Assembly (NCBI GenBank): GCA_963719515.1
Contig: CAVRCJ010000010.1
Coordinates: 480,001 to 544,000, forward strand
Direction: 5' to 3'
Length of the DNA stretch: 64,000 nucleotides
From: an uncultured cyanobacterium
GTDB taxonomy: Bacteria; Cyanobacteriota; Cyanobacteriia; CAKZMO01
The translations under genes were made by a program, and so were the position numbers. Shown one piece after another: positions 41,744 to 51,803 of this stretch. Under the pieces are notes generated by a model that saw only the letters and a program-made list of their open reading frames with translations, ran no database searches and was not told the origin of the DNA. Position 1 is the first letter of the stretch, and every line of letters starts with the position of its first letter.

Positions 41744-44464
41744 CTACGCAGAGCGGTTCTTACGGGACAAACTCAGCCCAACGCCCTCGATGCGGTAGGT
41801 GTCGCGCACCCGTTTGGCGCGGTAAAGAGCTTCATCGGCCCGGCTCATGGCGATCGCGGCGGTCAGCTCAGCCGACACGCAGACGACCGCAATCCCCATA
41901 CTTACCGTGAGGATAGTTTTCTCAGATCCTGGGTTAGCGATCGCCAACCTTGCGATCGCCTCCTGAATGCGCTGAGCAGTGGCGAAGGCTCCGGCATAGT
42001 CAGTGTTGGGCAGCAGCAGCGTAAATTCTTCTCCACCGTAGCGGGCTACTAGGTCGTCTGGGCGATTGACTACCGTCTGCAGCGCTTGGGCAACGCGGCG
42101 AAGACAGGTATCGCCTGCGGGATGGCCGTAGGTATCGTTGAAGGCTTTAAAGTGGTCGATGTCGAGCATAATTAGCGTCAGCGGGTGCTGGGACTGCCGG
42201 TGGCGCTGCCATTCGTCATCGAGCGATATCTCCAGTTGACGGCGATTGGCGACCTGGGTGAGGACATCTATCGTCGCCAACGCCTGCAGCTTGAGCTCCA
42301 TACACTTGCGCCTGCTGATATCTGCCACGTAGCCGACGACCTGAATTGGCTGGCCTTCAGCGTTAAATCGCGTGATGCCCTGTTCCTCCACCCAGCTGTA
42401 GGTGCCGTCCGGCTTTTGAAGCCGAAACTCGACTTGATACGGCTTTGTTGAAGTCCTGTCTTCCCCTAAAGTCTCCACAAATCGCTCGCGATCCTCGGGG
42501 TGAATCAACTTGACGTAGCGCTCCATTCCACCCGATATTTCCTCGGCGCTGTAGCCCAGTATCTCTTCGATATTTGGGCCCCAGGTATCTTCGTCTGCGG
42601 CAAGATCGTACTCAAACAGCACCCGATCGCTGGCCCGCGCCGCCGTCTCATAGCGGTCGCGCCACTCTGCTATCTCTTGGAAGTGTCGCTGCTGCTGCAG
42701 CTCAGCCTGCTTGCGATCGCTGATGTCCATGGCGGTACCCACCAGCTCGACGACCCTGCCCTGTCCATTAAAAACGGCCTCCCCCCGGCTGACTATGTGC
42801 AGCGCTTTACCATCTTGGCGAATAAATCGATGTTCGATTTCGTAAGACTCTCCATCGGCGATCGCCCGCTTGACGGCGCTCATCAAAGTCTCTTGATCCT
42901 CCGGAGGCAAATAGCTGATGAAGTCGTGATAGCCCAGACTATGCCCTCCTTCACCCAAGTCATAAATTTGCAGGAGTTCTTCAGACCAAATAATTTTCTC
43001 CGTCGCCACATCCATCACCCAGCTTCCTATTTTGGCAATGCGCTGGGCTTCCTTTAGGTTGGCCTCGCTGTGCCGCAACTCTACCGTCCGTTGCTGCACC
43101 TGCCGCTCTAAAGTGTGAAGTAGCTCACCCAGGCGGGAGGCCATCTGGTGAAACGTCTTCTGCAGGGAATCAACTTCCCAGATACCCGTCGAGGGAACCG
43201 GACGAATCGGCTCGCCTCTCTCGAAGGCCTGAGCGCTCTGATTCAGGGCCACTATGGGGCGGGTGACGCATCGGGCAATCCGTAGGTAAAGGGCAATCGC
43301 TCCGAAGAGGGTGAAGATAGACGCTGCAGCTGTTCGATATAGACTGGCGTAGATATCTGCCATAAAGCTGTACTCCGGCACAATCGTCACGATTAGCCAA
43401 TCCAGGTTGCTGTCACTCCCATAGGGCATAACTTGAAGAAACTGGCGCTTGCTGTTGATGCTGATTGAAAACTGTTCTAAGGTCTGAACCTGGCGGAAGC
43501 TCCCAAACTCGGCGATTAAATGCTGCGCTGCGCCGCGAATTAAGGCGTTACTGCTCTGTTCCACCAGCGATCGCCGAAATTTCTGGTTATCCGCTGCGTC
43601 GAACTGGCCGTTCGGAGGCATAAGCGTCGTTGAATAGGCTTTTCCGTCAACAGAACCTGCAACGAGTTGACCATCGCGATCGATAATGAACGCCGTGCCC
43701 TGGTTGCCCACCTCTAGACCCCTGAGGAATTTGCTGATTTGATTCAGGCTGAGGTGGACGCCAAACACGCCCTGCAGCCTCTGCTGATCGTCGTAGACGA
43801 GGTCGTAGGTATTGACTGCCAGCAGATCCGTGGTGCCGACGCGAAAGGGGCTACTCCACCCCGATTCCCCAGTCTCAATAGCCCGGAGATACCAAGGCCT
43901 TTGTCGAATATCGAAATTTTTTAGAGTCAGAATAAGTCGACCTAAATTACCGGCCTTGTCGACGCTGTAAAGCGCTAGTTCGCCAGAAGATTCAGGGGTG
44001 GCGACACCCGCTTCAAAAGGTAAGTCAGAGACGGTCAGCGGTGTAAATCCCGACTCAATTTGCTCTGGTTCAATTCGATGGACAACTCGGGCATTGCCCT
44101 CTGGCGTTGAGAAAATAAAAGACGTCAGCGCGTCGCTCTGCTGGAGTTCTAGAATAAGATAGCGATGCAGCTGGTCTAAGTTTTGAAGATCAAGAACGCC
44201 TGCCTCCACTGCAACTACGTGGTTTCGGTTTACCTGCTGGGCCGATTTGAGATAAGCGTCTAGCTCTTGAGTGATGCGATCGCCCGTCTCTCCCAACAGC
44301 TGCATCGCCACCGCCTCAATCGCCTGATACCCGCTGCGAAACGTCAGGTAACCTACAAGCGACGTTATGGCGGCAATTTGCGCCAGCATCGGCAGCGTAA
44401 TCAAAACGTACAGGGGAATAGCTGTGGCCTTGCGACTTTTGATCTGCGACTGCAATATGCGCAC
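41744..44464 (-). CDS. Diguanylate cyclase (Cache-HAMP-PAS-PAS-GGDEF)
   Basis: DIDHFKAFNDTYGH, RPDD I-site, RYGGEEF and two transmembrane segments. Confidence 0.93.
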   Translation of the reverse strand: MRILQSQIKSRKATAIPLYVLITLPMLAQIAAITSLVGYLTFRSGYQAIEAVAMQLLGETGDRITQELDAYLKSAQQVNRNHVVAVEAGVLDLQNLDQLHRYLILELQQSDALTSFIFSTPEGNARVVHRIEPEQIESGFTPLTVSDLPFEAGVATPESSGELALYSVDKAGNLGRLILTLKNFDIRQRPWYLRAIETGESGWSSPFRVGTTDLLAVNTYDLVYDDQQRLQGVFGVHLSLNQISKFLRGLEVGNQGTAFIIDRDGQLVAGSVDGKAYSTTLMPPNGQFDAADNQKFRRSLVEQSSNALIRGAAQHLIAEFGSFRQVQTLEQFSISINSKRQFLQVMPYGSDSNLDWLIVTIVPEYSFMADIYASLYRTAAASIFTLFGAIALYLRIARCVTRPIVALNQSAQAFERGEPIRPVPSTGIWEVDSLQKTFHQMASRLGELLHTLERQVQQRTVELRHSEANLKEAQRIAKIGSWVMDVATEKIIWSEELLQIYDLGEGGHSLGYHDFISYLPPEDQETLMSAVKRAIADGESYEIEHRFIRQDGKALHIVSRGEAVFNGQGRVVELVGTAMDISDRKQAELQQQRHFQEIAEWRDRYETAARASDRVLFEYDLAADEDTWGPNIEEILGYSAEEISGGMERYVKLIHPEDRERFVETLGEDRTSTKPYQVEFRLQKPDGTYSWVEEQGITRFNAEGQPIQVVGYVADISRRKCMELKLQALATIDVLTQVANRRQLEISLDDEWQRHRQSQHPLTLIMLDIDHFKAFNDTYGHPAGDTCLRRVAQALQTVVNRPDDLVARYGGEEFTLLLPNTDYAGAFATAQRIQEAIARLAIANPGSEKTILTVSMGIAVVCVSAELTAAIAMSRADEALYRAKRVRDTYRIEGVGLSLSRKNRSA

Positions 44465-44670
44465 GAGTGACTGGTGTAAAGAGGGTTGTCAAGAATTGAG
44501 GGGCTCTCCAAAAGTATGCCGACCACCTCTCAATAGCCCTCACTATTGTGCAACATCTTTAAAGCTCAGGCTATTCTTAGGGAGCCGCAGGTGAAGCAGC
44601 TTTAACTTTGGCTTGGCACCGAGCCTGAAGGCAACTTACACAGCTCAAAGGGCTGGCCAACTCATACGCC

Positions 44671-45723
44671 ATGACGATTTCTCGCCACCGACAATCTTCT
44701 CAGGAACGCCCCAAGCGCCCCCCATTAGTCGCGCTGCGGGAGCGCCTCTCCACACCGCTGCAGATCGGCCCTGTGAGCGTGGCAAGTCGGGTGCTGCAAT
44801 CTCCCCTGTCCGGCGTCACGGATCTGGTGTTTCGGCGATTAGTGCGTCGCTATGCCCCCCAGTCCATGATGTATACCGAGATGGTAAGCGCCAGTGAGCT
44901 GCATCACCTGCAGTCTTTGCCCCAGATGATGGAGATTGACCCCGACGAACGTCCGGTGAGTATCCAGCTTTTTGACTGTCGCCCCGACTTTATGGCAGAA
45001 GCCGCCCGCCGTGCCGTAGACCAGGGTAGCCTGACCATCGACATCAATATGGGCTGCCCAGTGAACAAGATCACCAAAAAAGGGGGCGGCTCCTCTCTGC
45101 TGCGTGACCCTGACATGGCGGCGCGCCTAGTGAGCGCGGTGGCCGGCGCGGTGACGGTGCCGGTCACGGTCAAGACCCGCATCGGCTGGGACGACGACCA
45201 TATCAACGCCGTTGAGTTTGCCCGCGCCCTGGAAAGCGCTGGCGCTCAAATGCTCACCCTCCACGGACGGACCCGCGCCCAAGGCTATACCGGTCAAGCT
45301 CGCTGGGACTGGATTGCGCGGGTGAAGCAGTCCATCACTATTCCGGTGATCGCTAACGGCGATATCTTTTCAGTGGCGGCGGCGATCGCCTGTCTGCAGG
45401 AGACGGGAGCGGACGGCGTCATGTGCTCTCGGGGGACTTTGGGCTACCCCTTCTTGGTGGGGCAAATTGACCACCTGCTGCACACGGGGCAGGAGCTACC
45501 GCCACCGACAATAGTCGAGCGACTGCGCTGCGCCCAAGAGCATCTACAGATGCTGGTGGACTACAAGGGTGAGCGGGGCATCCGTCAGGCCCGCAAGCAT
45601 ATGGCCTGGTACGCTAAGGGATTTCCCGGCGCGGCGGAGCTGCGGGACCAGCTCTGCCGGATTGAGTCGGTGGCGGAAGGGCAGAGTCTGCTGGAAGAGG
45701 CGATCGCCAGAAATATGCTCTAG
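44671..45723 (+). CDS. dusB: tRNA-dihydrouridine synthase B
   Basis: IDINMGCP, LHGRT and IANGDI motifs. Confidence 0.92.
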   Translation: MTISRHRQSSQERPKRPPLVALRERLSTPLQIGPVSVASRVLQSPLSGVTDLVFRRLVRRYAPQSMMYTEMVSASELHHLQSLPQMMEIDPDERPVSIQLFDCRPDFMAEAARRAVDQGSLTIDINMGCPVNKITKKGGGSSLLRDPDMAARLVSAVAGAVTVPVTVKTRIGWDDDHINAVEFARALESAGAQMLTLHGRTRAQGYTGQARWDWIARVKQSITIPVIANGDIFSVAAAIACLQETGADGVMCSRGTLGYPFLVGQIDHLLHTGQELPPPTIVERLRCAQEHLQMLVDYKGERGIRQARKHMAWYAKGFPGAAELRDQLCRIESVAEGQSLLEEAIARNML

Positions 45724-45787
45724 AATATCGCCAGTCCCAGGCAAACATCGAAAATGCGCCCTGCCTGCAGCCCTGTCCTAGGCTCCA

Positions 45788-46917
45788 ATGATGAAAATCA
45801 AGCACTTTATCAACCTCCATAAGGGCACAACAGGCTTGTTTGTGTTTGCCCTGATGGTGCTTTACGGCAATTTCACAACCGCAGCTTGGATCTACCTCGC
45901 CCTCCACGGCACCTATGGTTTACTGTGGCTCATCAAAGATCGGCTCTACCCCGACAAAAGCTGGGAGCAGAGCATTTCCCTGATCAAGGGCATTGTGCTA
46001 TTTGGGGTGCTCGGCCTGTACTGGGCTGCGCCCGTTATTTTAGCTAGTTCGTGAAAGCCCCGCGCTGTATGCGCAGCATCAGCGTCGGGATGTAAGCGAG
46101 CGAGTCGAGGTGCGCCCTTGACTGGATGCCGAAGGCGGCAATTAAGGGCAGCGCCGAGGCGAGCAAAGGGTACAATTGAACCAAGCTCAAACTATTTCAT
46201 GGCGGCGGCCTGCTATCGTGACACAAACGTACAGCCCTTGGCTGGTGAACAGTGCAGACGGTAGAAAACGTAGCTGGAAATTGAATACTCGTCACTGTCT
46301 GGGGTTGGTCATTGCCTGGACATTAAACAAATCGCCTGTCGATGGGATCTAATCGGGGTTGCACGGCTTGCTGCGTAACTAGACAGGACCAGATGAAGCA
46401 GGATACCTTCTTGCGCGGCATCCATTAAATTGTGGTGCGTGAGCCAAGAAGCCCGCGCTCTATCTAAAAGATGAGCGTCGGGAGTATGTCACTGACGCAG
46501 AGGGTCCAACCGTCCTCCGCCCTAATTGCCGTCGCCGTCTCCCTAAACCTCTTGGGCATTTTCCTGCACTACGCAAGCGATGCTCAAAAGTATTTCACCC
46601 TCAAGTACCAGAAGGGGTTGATCACTGAGGGCCTGTTTGCCCGCTGCCGCAACACCAACTATCTCGGCGAGATTCTGATCTACGCCTCTTTCGCGATGCT
46701 GGCGATGCACTGGCTGCCCTTTGCCATCTTGGCTGGGTTCTTTGCGCTGGTATTCCTTCCCAACATGCTTAAGAAAGACAAGTCTCTGTCTCGCTACCCA
46801 GAGTTTGCGGCCTATCAGCGTCGCTCGGGGTTGCTGTTCCCCAAGCTATGGGGGGTTCCGGCGGACCCAGCCGGTTCTGTGCCTAAGGCCTCTGAAGAGA
46901 CAGTCGCACCGGGCTAG
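45788..46917 (+). pseudogene. DUF1295/steroid-reductase/ICMT-like membrane protein interrupted by an insertion
   Basis: The 5' half (INLHKG...YWAAPVIL) and the 3' half (SDAQKY, RNTNYLGE) fuse in frame when 46044-46492 is removed. Confidence 0.85.
46044..46492 (+). mobile_element. Non-autonomous ORF-less IS200/IS605-type element E (449 bp)
   Basis: Related hairpins CCCGCGCT..AGCGTCGGG at both ends; follows TTAG, ends in TCAC, no target-site duplication. Confidence 0.85.
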
Positions 46918-49244
46918 CCCCAGGCTCTGCGAACGCTGTAGGTGGGAAAAGTTCCGTAATGTTTGGCCCAGGGCATCTGGCCCACATAGTCGCAGCAAAA
47001 CGCCGTTTGCCCTTCAGAGGCGGCGATCGCCGCAAAGGCCTGGCTCGCGTAGACCTTGCCGGGGGGAGTGACGGGTTCAATCCGGGCTGTGTGGTTGACA
47101 TGGGTGCCCACGTAGCTGACCCGCCCGGTCAAGGGGTCCACCTTGCTGGAGACCGGACCGGCATGCAGGGCAATTCTCAAATTGAGGTCAGCGGGAAGGC
47201 CCTTGCTGCCCCAGTCTACCCGCTGCACCAGGTCGCACAGGTCTAGGGCCGCCTGCCCCGCCTGCTCCACGGTGGTGAACACCAGATAGAGGGCATCTCC
47301 CCAGGTGTTTCTCGTTAAGGGCCTGTAGCCAGGGGAATCGAGAAGCTGCGCTACAGCCCCCAAAAAATGGTCGGCAAAGGGCAGGAACTGCTCCTCGCTG
47401 AGGTGGGTATAGTTCACCACATCGGCAAATAGCAGTGCTCTCAGCACCGGGTCCATTGGCTTTGGGGGGCACGTTGAGGGGGATGTAGCCTGAGAAGACG
47501 GGGCCTGAGAAGATGTAGCCTGAGAAGACGGGGCTCGAGATGGCAGGTGAACCGGCTGGGGGTCAGCCAAGGCCGCCAAATCGATCACCTCCACCGTTTC
47601 GTTCCACTGCTGCCAAAGATTTACCGTATTGGCAGTCCCCTCCAAGCTGCCGAGCTGCCCGTCCCAAACCGCCAAGGGCACGAGATCACTGCCCAGCTGG
47701 TTCGCGCGAATCTTAGCGAGCCCGTGGAGCAGTCGATTGGAATAGTCGTAGAGGGTAGGACTTTGCTGCACGCTCTGCTCGGAGGCCACCACCACTTCCC
47801 TAGCCTTACCCATCACCTGCTCAAACCGCTTTTCCCACTGCCCATCCGGCTGCCGATACAGGGCGTCCCGAAGACAGGACTCTAGGCCGTAAGGCAGCAC
47901 AATATGCAGCTCTCCCTGCAAAGACTGAAGCGCTTCCAAAAACAAAATATCTGCCCCACAGGCCGCAGACGCATAGCCAAAGTGCGCGTCCAGATGCTGG
48001 AGGCGATCGCGAATTGCGCCGTACACCTTAGGCGCTAGCTCAGACGGGAACCGGGGCTGTTGGCGGTTGGGCGGGTCAATGCGATGACCGCAAAACATCA
48101 CGACGCGAGGGATATGGAACCATCGCTTAATTCGCGCTAGGTCAATTCCCAAATGCTGACCCAGCAGCAGCGCATTACGGCGGCTAGAGCTGAAATCTCC
48201 AAATCGCCCTTGCCCCTGTGCCACCGCCTGACCATAGAATTATTCCGCCGCTGTCAAATCCTTCAAAATTAGCGCCGCTTCTCCAAGCGTTGCCAGCAGC
48301 CAGTAGGCATCTCCGCCGGTGCGCGTCAGAGCAGCGAGCTGAGTCAGACAGGTTGCTTTGATCGCCCGCGCCAGCTGCCGGGCCTGCTCTAATTGATTCA
48401 TCAGACAGGCCATCGTCGCGGCGTTAATTCCGACCCAGATGCTGCCGGTCAGGGCATAGGCCTGCTGATAGCGCTCTGCCGCTAGGGCTAAGTGGCGCTC
48501 TGCCGCCGCTGGGGTAAAGGCCTGGGACCAGAGATCTTTGTGGGTGCGTGCGAGCAGACCGACGGTCTCTTCGTCTTGGTGTCCCGCCTGCACCAGCGCA
48601 GTCAATAGGGTATTGGCGGCGTCAGTAGAGCCACTGCGGGCCAGCGACAGCGACAGCAGCTGCTGTAGTCTGAGGTCGTTTGGCCATTGCTTCAGCCCCT
48701 CGCTCAGCACGTCGTAGGCCATTAGCGGCTCGCCAATTTTTAGGCTGGCCTCTCCCAGCGCCCGATAGACGGGGGGCGCTTGGGGGCTGAGTTTGATGGT
48801 TTCTCGCTGCAGAGAAATTAGGGTTGCTAAGTTCACCTCCGACGATTCTTTTAGCCTGTTGAGCGCCAGCGTCACCTCTGGCGATTCGGCCAAGGCCTCG
48901 TCTTGAGTCGCGCTCGCGTGCGTCGGCATTGGGCGCGCCGTTTCCGGGTCTGTGGCGCTAGAGCCGCCATCGATACGGTAGCCCAGCGCCAGCAGCACCT
49001 TAAAGACAGTCAGCGCTGCGTTACGCTGCCGCTGCTGCGATCGCTCGTTGAGCTGAGCGTAGGGCAACAGGTTGGGGTGGGTGCGGGCAGCAGAATCATA
49101 GACGCTGTCGTAGCGCCAGCCCTGGTGGAAGTGGTCTTTACTCCACAGGCTATGAACCGTTTGGGCCACCAGATCAGCTAACGCTAACTGCTCTGGCGCT
49201 AGCACAATATTGTCAATATCAACGGGCTGGGGATTGTACCTCAA
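46914..49244 (-). pseudogene. RyR-domain / TPR (TRAF-binding-like) / SLOG-like / class III nucleotide cyclase with one in-frame stop
   Basis: ORFs 48240-49244 and 46914-48224 are in the same frame, separated by TAA at 48240-48242. Motifs: GWRY..HPNLLPYAQL, FCGHRID..ACGADILF, LFADVV, NTWGD, LRIALHAGP, ARIEP. Confidence 0.75.
47482..47540. repeat. 15/30-bp tandem repeat in an interdomain linker
   Basis: (GATGTAGCCTGAGAA GACGGGGCCTGAGAA) repeated twice, second copy imperfect; encodes APSSQATSSQAPSSQATS. Confidence 0.85.
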
Positions 49245-49330
49245 GCGATCGCCCTCAGTGGCATTCAGGAGCGGGGTAGCCTAGCGACAGAGAACCTGCT
49301 CTAAGCGCTATTTAGCCCCATCTTAATCCT

Positions 49331-49363
49331 TCACAGCATCAGTCAGATTGACTGATGCTGTGA
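49331..49363. repeat. Perfect 15-bp inverted repeat, probable terminator or stabilising hairpin
   Basis: TCACAGCATCAGTCA-gat-TGACTGATGCTGTGA. Confidence 0.7.
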
Positions 49364-49393
49364 TGTGCCTCAATTCCGGTAGCCCCGCTGTTT

Positions 49394-50905
49394 CTACGTC
49401 TTTGGCTCTAAAGCATTCACGGCAGGGCCGTGGAGAATCTCGCCGTCACAGCTAAAGCGCGAACCGTGGCAGGGGCAATCCCAGCTCTTTTCAGCAGAGT
49501 TCCAGGCCACGATGCAGCCTAAGTGAGGGCACACCGCAGAGACCGCATGCAGCTCCCCTGCTTCATCACGGTAGGCCGCCACTTTCTGGGCATCGACAGT
49601 CACCAGCTTGCCCTCTCCAGCCGGAAGGTCTTTGGGCGAATCGAACAGGCCTTTGAAGCGATCGCCCACCCAGCGGGTACCCACGTCGAGGTTTTCCTTC
49701 AAAGAGGTTTGGGTGACAAATGGGGTCGGGCGAGTCGAATCGTAGAGCGAGGCCCAGGGGTTATCGACGCCCATCACCCGGTCGGTGAGCATCATAGCGG
49801 AGAGGATAGACTTGCTCATGCCCCACAGGCTAAAGCCCGTAGCCACCAAAATGTGGCTGTTGGCCGGGGTGAGGGGACCGATGTAGGGCAGCTTATCGAA
49901 CGACTCGTAGCCCTGACTTGACCAGCGGTAGTCAGGCACGACGTCAAAGTAGCGCTGCATGTCTGCCTCTAAACGCTGGTAGCGAATCTCGGTGTCGGAG
50001 TCCTCACCCACCTTGTGGCCCTCTCCCCCCATCATCAGCATGGTGCCGCCGTCGTCGGTGGGGGTGGTGCGCAGGGAGCGGTACTTTTTCCCAACGCCGA
50101 TGTACATACCGCTGATCTCTTTGGAGGCGTCGATGCGGGCTCCCACGATGTAGGAGCGCTTGGGATAGGTTTTGGCGAAGAACAGGCCTTGATCGAGAAT
50201 AGGCAGATGGGTCGCAATGATCACATCTTGGGCCGTGACGGTCGGGCCATCGTTTGTGATCACTTTGGAGGGGGCTTCGCCCTCAACCTTGCGAACGCGG
50301 GTTTGCTCAAAAACATGGCTCCCCTCGCCGGGAATCATGCCGGCGATCGCCAGCATAAACTTGCGGGGATGGAACTGGGCCTGATTAGAAAATTTGACCG
50401 CGCCCATGATGTCAAACGGCAGCTCAGTCTCTCGGGTAAAGGTGGCGGGTAAGCCTAGCTTCTGCGCCGTTTCGACTTCCTTTTGAACCGACTCTAGGTT
50501 GTCGACCTCCTGAGCAAAAGAGTAGGTAGCCTTGCGCTCAAAGTCGCAGTCAATGCCCAGCTCCTGCACCAAAGACGCCAGCTTCTCAACGGCGGCTTGA
50601 TTCGACTCACCGTAAATCCGTGCCTTGTCTTCGCCGTGCTGATCTACCAAGTCGGCGTAGATCAGCTGGTGCAGCGAGGTGACTTTAGCCGTGGTGTGGC
50701 CCGAAGCCCCTTGGCCGATGTGGTCGGCTTCAATGAGCGCTACGGTCTTACCCGCCTGCTTGAGCAGCTTAGCCACGGTAACCCCGACTAAACCCGCTCC
50801 AACGACAGCGACATCGACGGTGAGATCTTGGGTGAGCTTGGGATATTGGGAGGGGAGCGTTGAGGCGATCCAGAAAGACTGGTGGGTGCCGGATAGGGTA
50901 GTCAT
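49394..50905 (-). CDS. FAD-dependent oxidoreductase with C-terminal Rieske domain (YhfW-like)
   Basis: VVGAGLVG, CPHLGC and WDCPCHGS motifs. Confidence 0.92.
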   Translation of the reverse strand: MTTLSGTHQSFWIASTLPSQYPKLTQDLTVDVAVVGAGLVGVTVAKLLKQAGKTVALIEADHIGQGASGHTTAKVTSLHQLIYADLVDQHGEDKARIYGESNQAAVEKLASLVQELGIDCDFERKATYSFAQEVDNLESVQKEVETAQKLGLPATFTRETELPFDIMGAVKFSNQAQFHPRKFMLAIAGMIPGEGSHVFEQTRVRKVEGEAPSKVITNDGPTVTAQDVIIATHLPILDQGLFFAKTYPKRSYIVGARIDASKEISGMYIGVGKKYRSLRTTPTDDGGTMLMMGGEGHKVGEDSDTEIRYQRLEADMQRYFDVVPDYRWSSQGYESFDKLPYIGPLTPANSHILVATGFSLWGMSKSILSAMMLTDRVMGVDNPWASLYDSTRPTPFVTQTSLKENLDVGTRWVGDRFKGLFDSPKDLPAGEGKLVTVDAQKVAAYRDEAGELHAVSAVCPHLGCIVAWNSAEKSWDCPCHGSRFSCDGEILHGPAVNALEPKT

Positions 50906-51138
50906 GGGGAGTAAAACTTGTGTGTTTTGAGGCGCTCTGCTACTCTATCCGTCCCATCTATAGCATTTTATCTATCTGTGGTGTGGAGGGAGACGGATGG
51001 CGAAGAAAAATGGCTTGTATAGGGCTCCTTGTATTATCTGCATAAGATCTGCATGAGACCAAAATCTTCGCCCTGCTACCCCACGGTTAGACCTTTTATG
51101 ATGGGGAGGCGATCGCATATCTCATCAAAGGGCTGTCA

Positions 51139-51723
51139 ATGAATTTGGACTTGCTAGAGAGCGTCGGTCTGGGCCTTGGTCTAGGCATCGCCGCCGGATT
51201 TCGCGTGGTGGTGCCCTTCTGGGTGCTGAGTGCAGCGGCCATTTTCGGCCACCTGCCGCTCAACGAAAATATGCAGTGGTTAGAGAGCCAAACGGCGCTG
51301 ATTGGCCTCAGCCTGGCGCTGCTGGTGGAGCTGCTGGCCTATAGCATTCCTTGGCTAGACAATGCGGTGGATACGGTGGCGCTGCCCATTGCCGCTGTAG
51401 CCGGTACGCTGCTGATGGGGCTAGCGGCAAACCAGCTGGACCCTTTTGCCCAGTGGAGCCTGGCGATTGTGGCGGGCGGCGGGGCGGCAGCTACGGTCAA
51501 AGGGCTGAGCGGATTTACCCGGCTGGTTTCAACGGCGACCACAGGCGGACTGACGAATTTTTTGGTGGCGATCGCGGAATTAGTGGGGGCGCTGGCGCTC
51601 TCGGTGCTGGCGCTCTCGGCTCCGCTATTCGCTTTTGCTGGGGTGCTGGTGCTGGCTGCTGTGCTGGTGCGCTTTGTGGTGAGGTTCACTCAGGCAAAGG
51701 AGCCAACGGTCGGTGTAGATTAG
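51139..51723 (+). CDS. DUF4126 membrane protein
   Basis: AAGFRV, IPWLDNAVD and STATTGG motifs; hydrophobic. Confidence 0.82.
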   Translation: MNLDLLESVGLGLGLGIAAGFRVVVPFWVLSAAAIFGHLPLNENMQWLESQTALIGLSLALLVELLAYSIPWLDNAVDTVALPIAAVAGTLLMGLAANQLDPFAQWSLAIVAGGGAAATVKGLSGFTRLVSTATTGGLTNFLVAIAELVGALALSVLALSAPLFAFAGVLVLAAVLVRFVVRFTQAKEPTVGVD

Positions 51724-51803
51724 ATCGCGATAGCCGGAAGCCAACAGGACAAGCTATTGAGTGCGATCGCCTTTGCCTCAGAGCGCCGGCGACCCCGATG
51801 GAA

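Noticed and set aside
46044..46492. Insert as a self-splicing group I IStron or a group II intron
   Set aside because: The frame-restoring junctions give neither an exon ending in U nor a terminal G, and I could not identify group I core or group II boundary motifs.
46044..46492. HEARO/IscB omegaRNA on the minus strand
   Set aside because: Only a lone CTACGTT matches; there are no other recognisable motifs and no iscB remnant. An Rfam search would be needed to exclude it fully.
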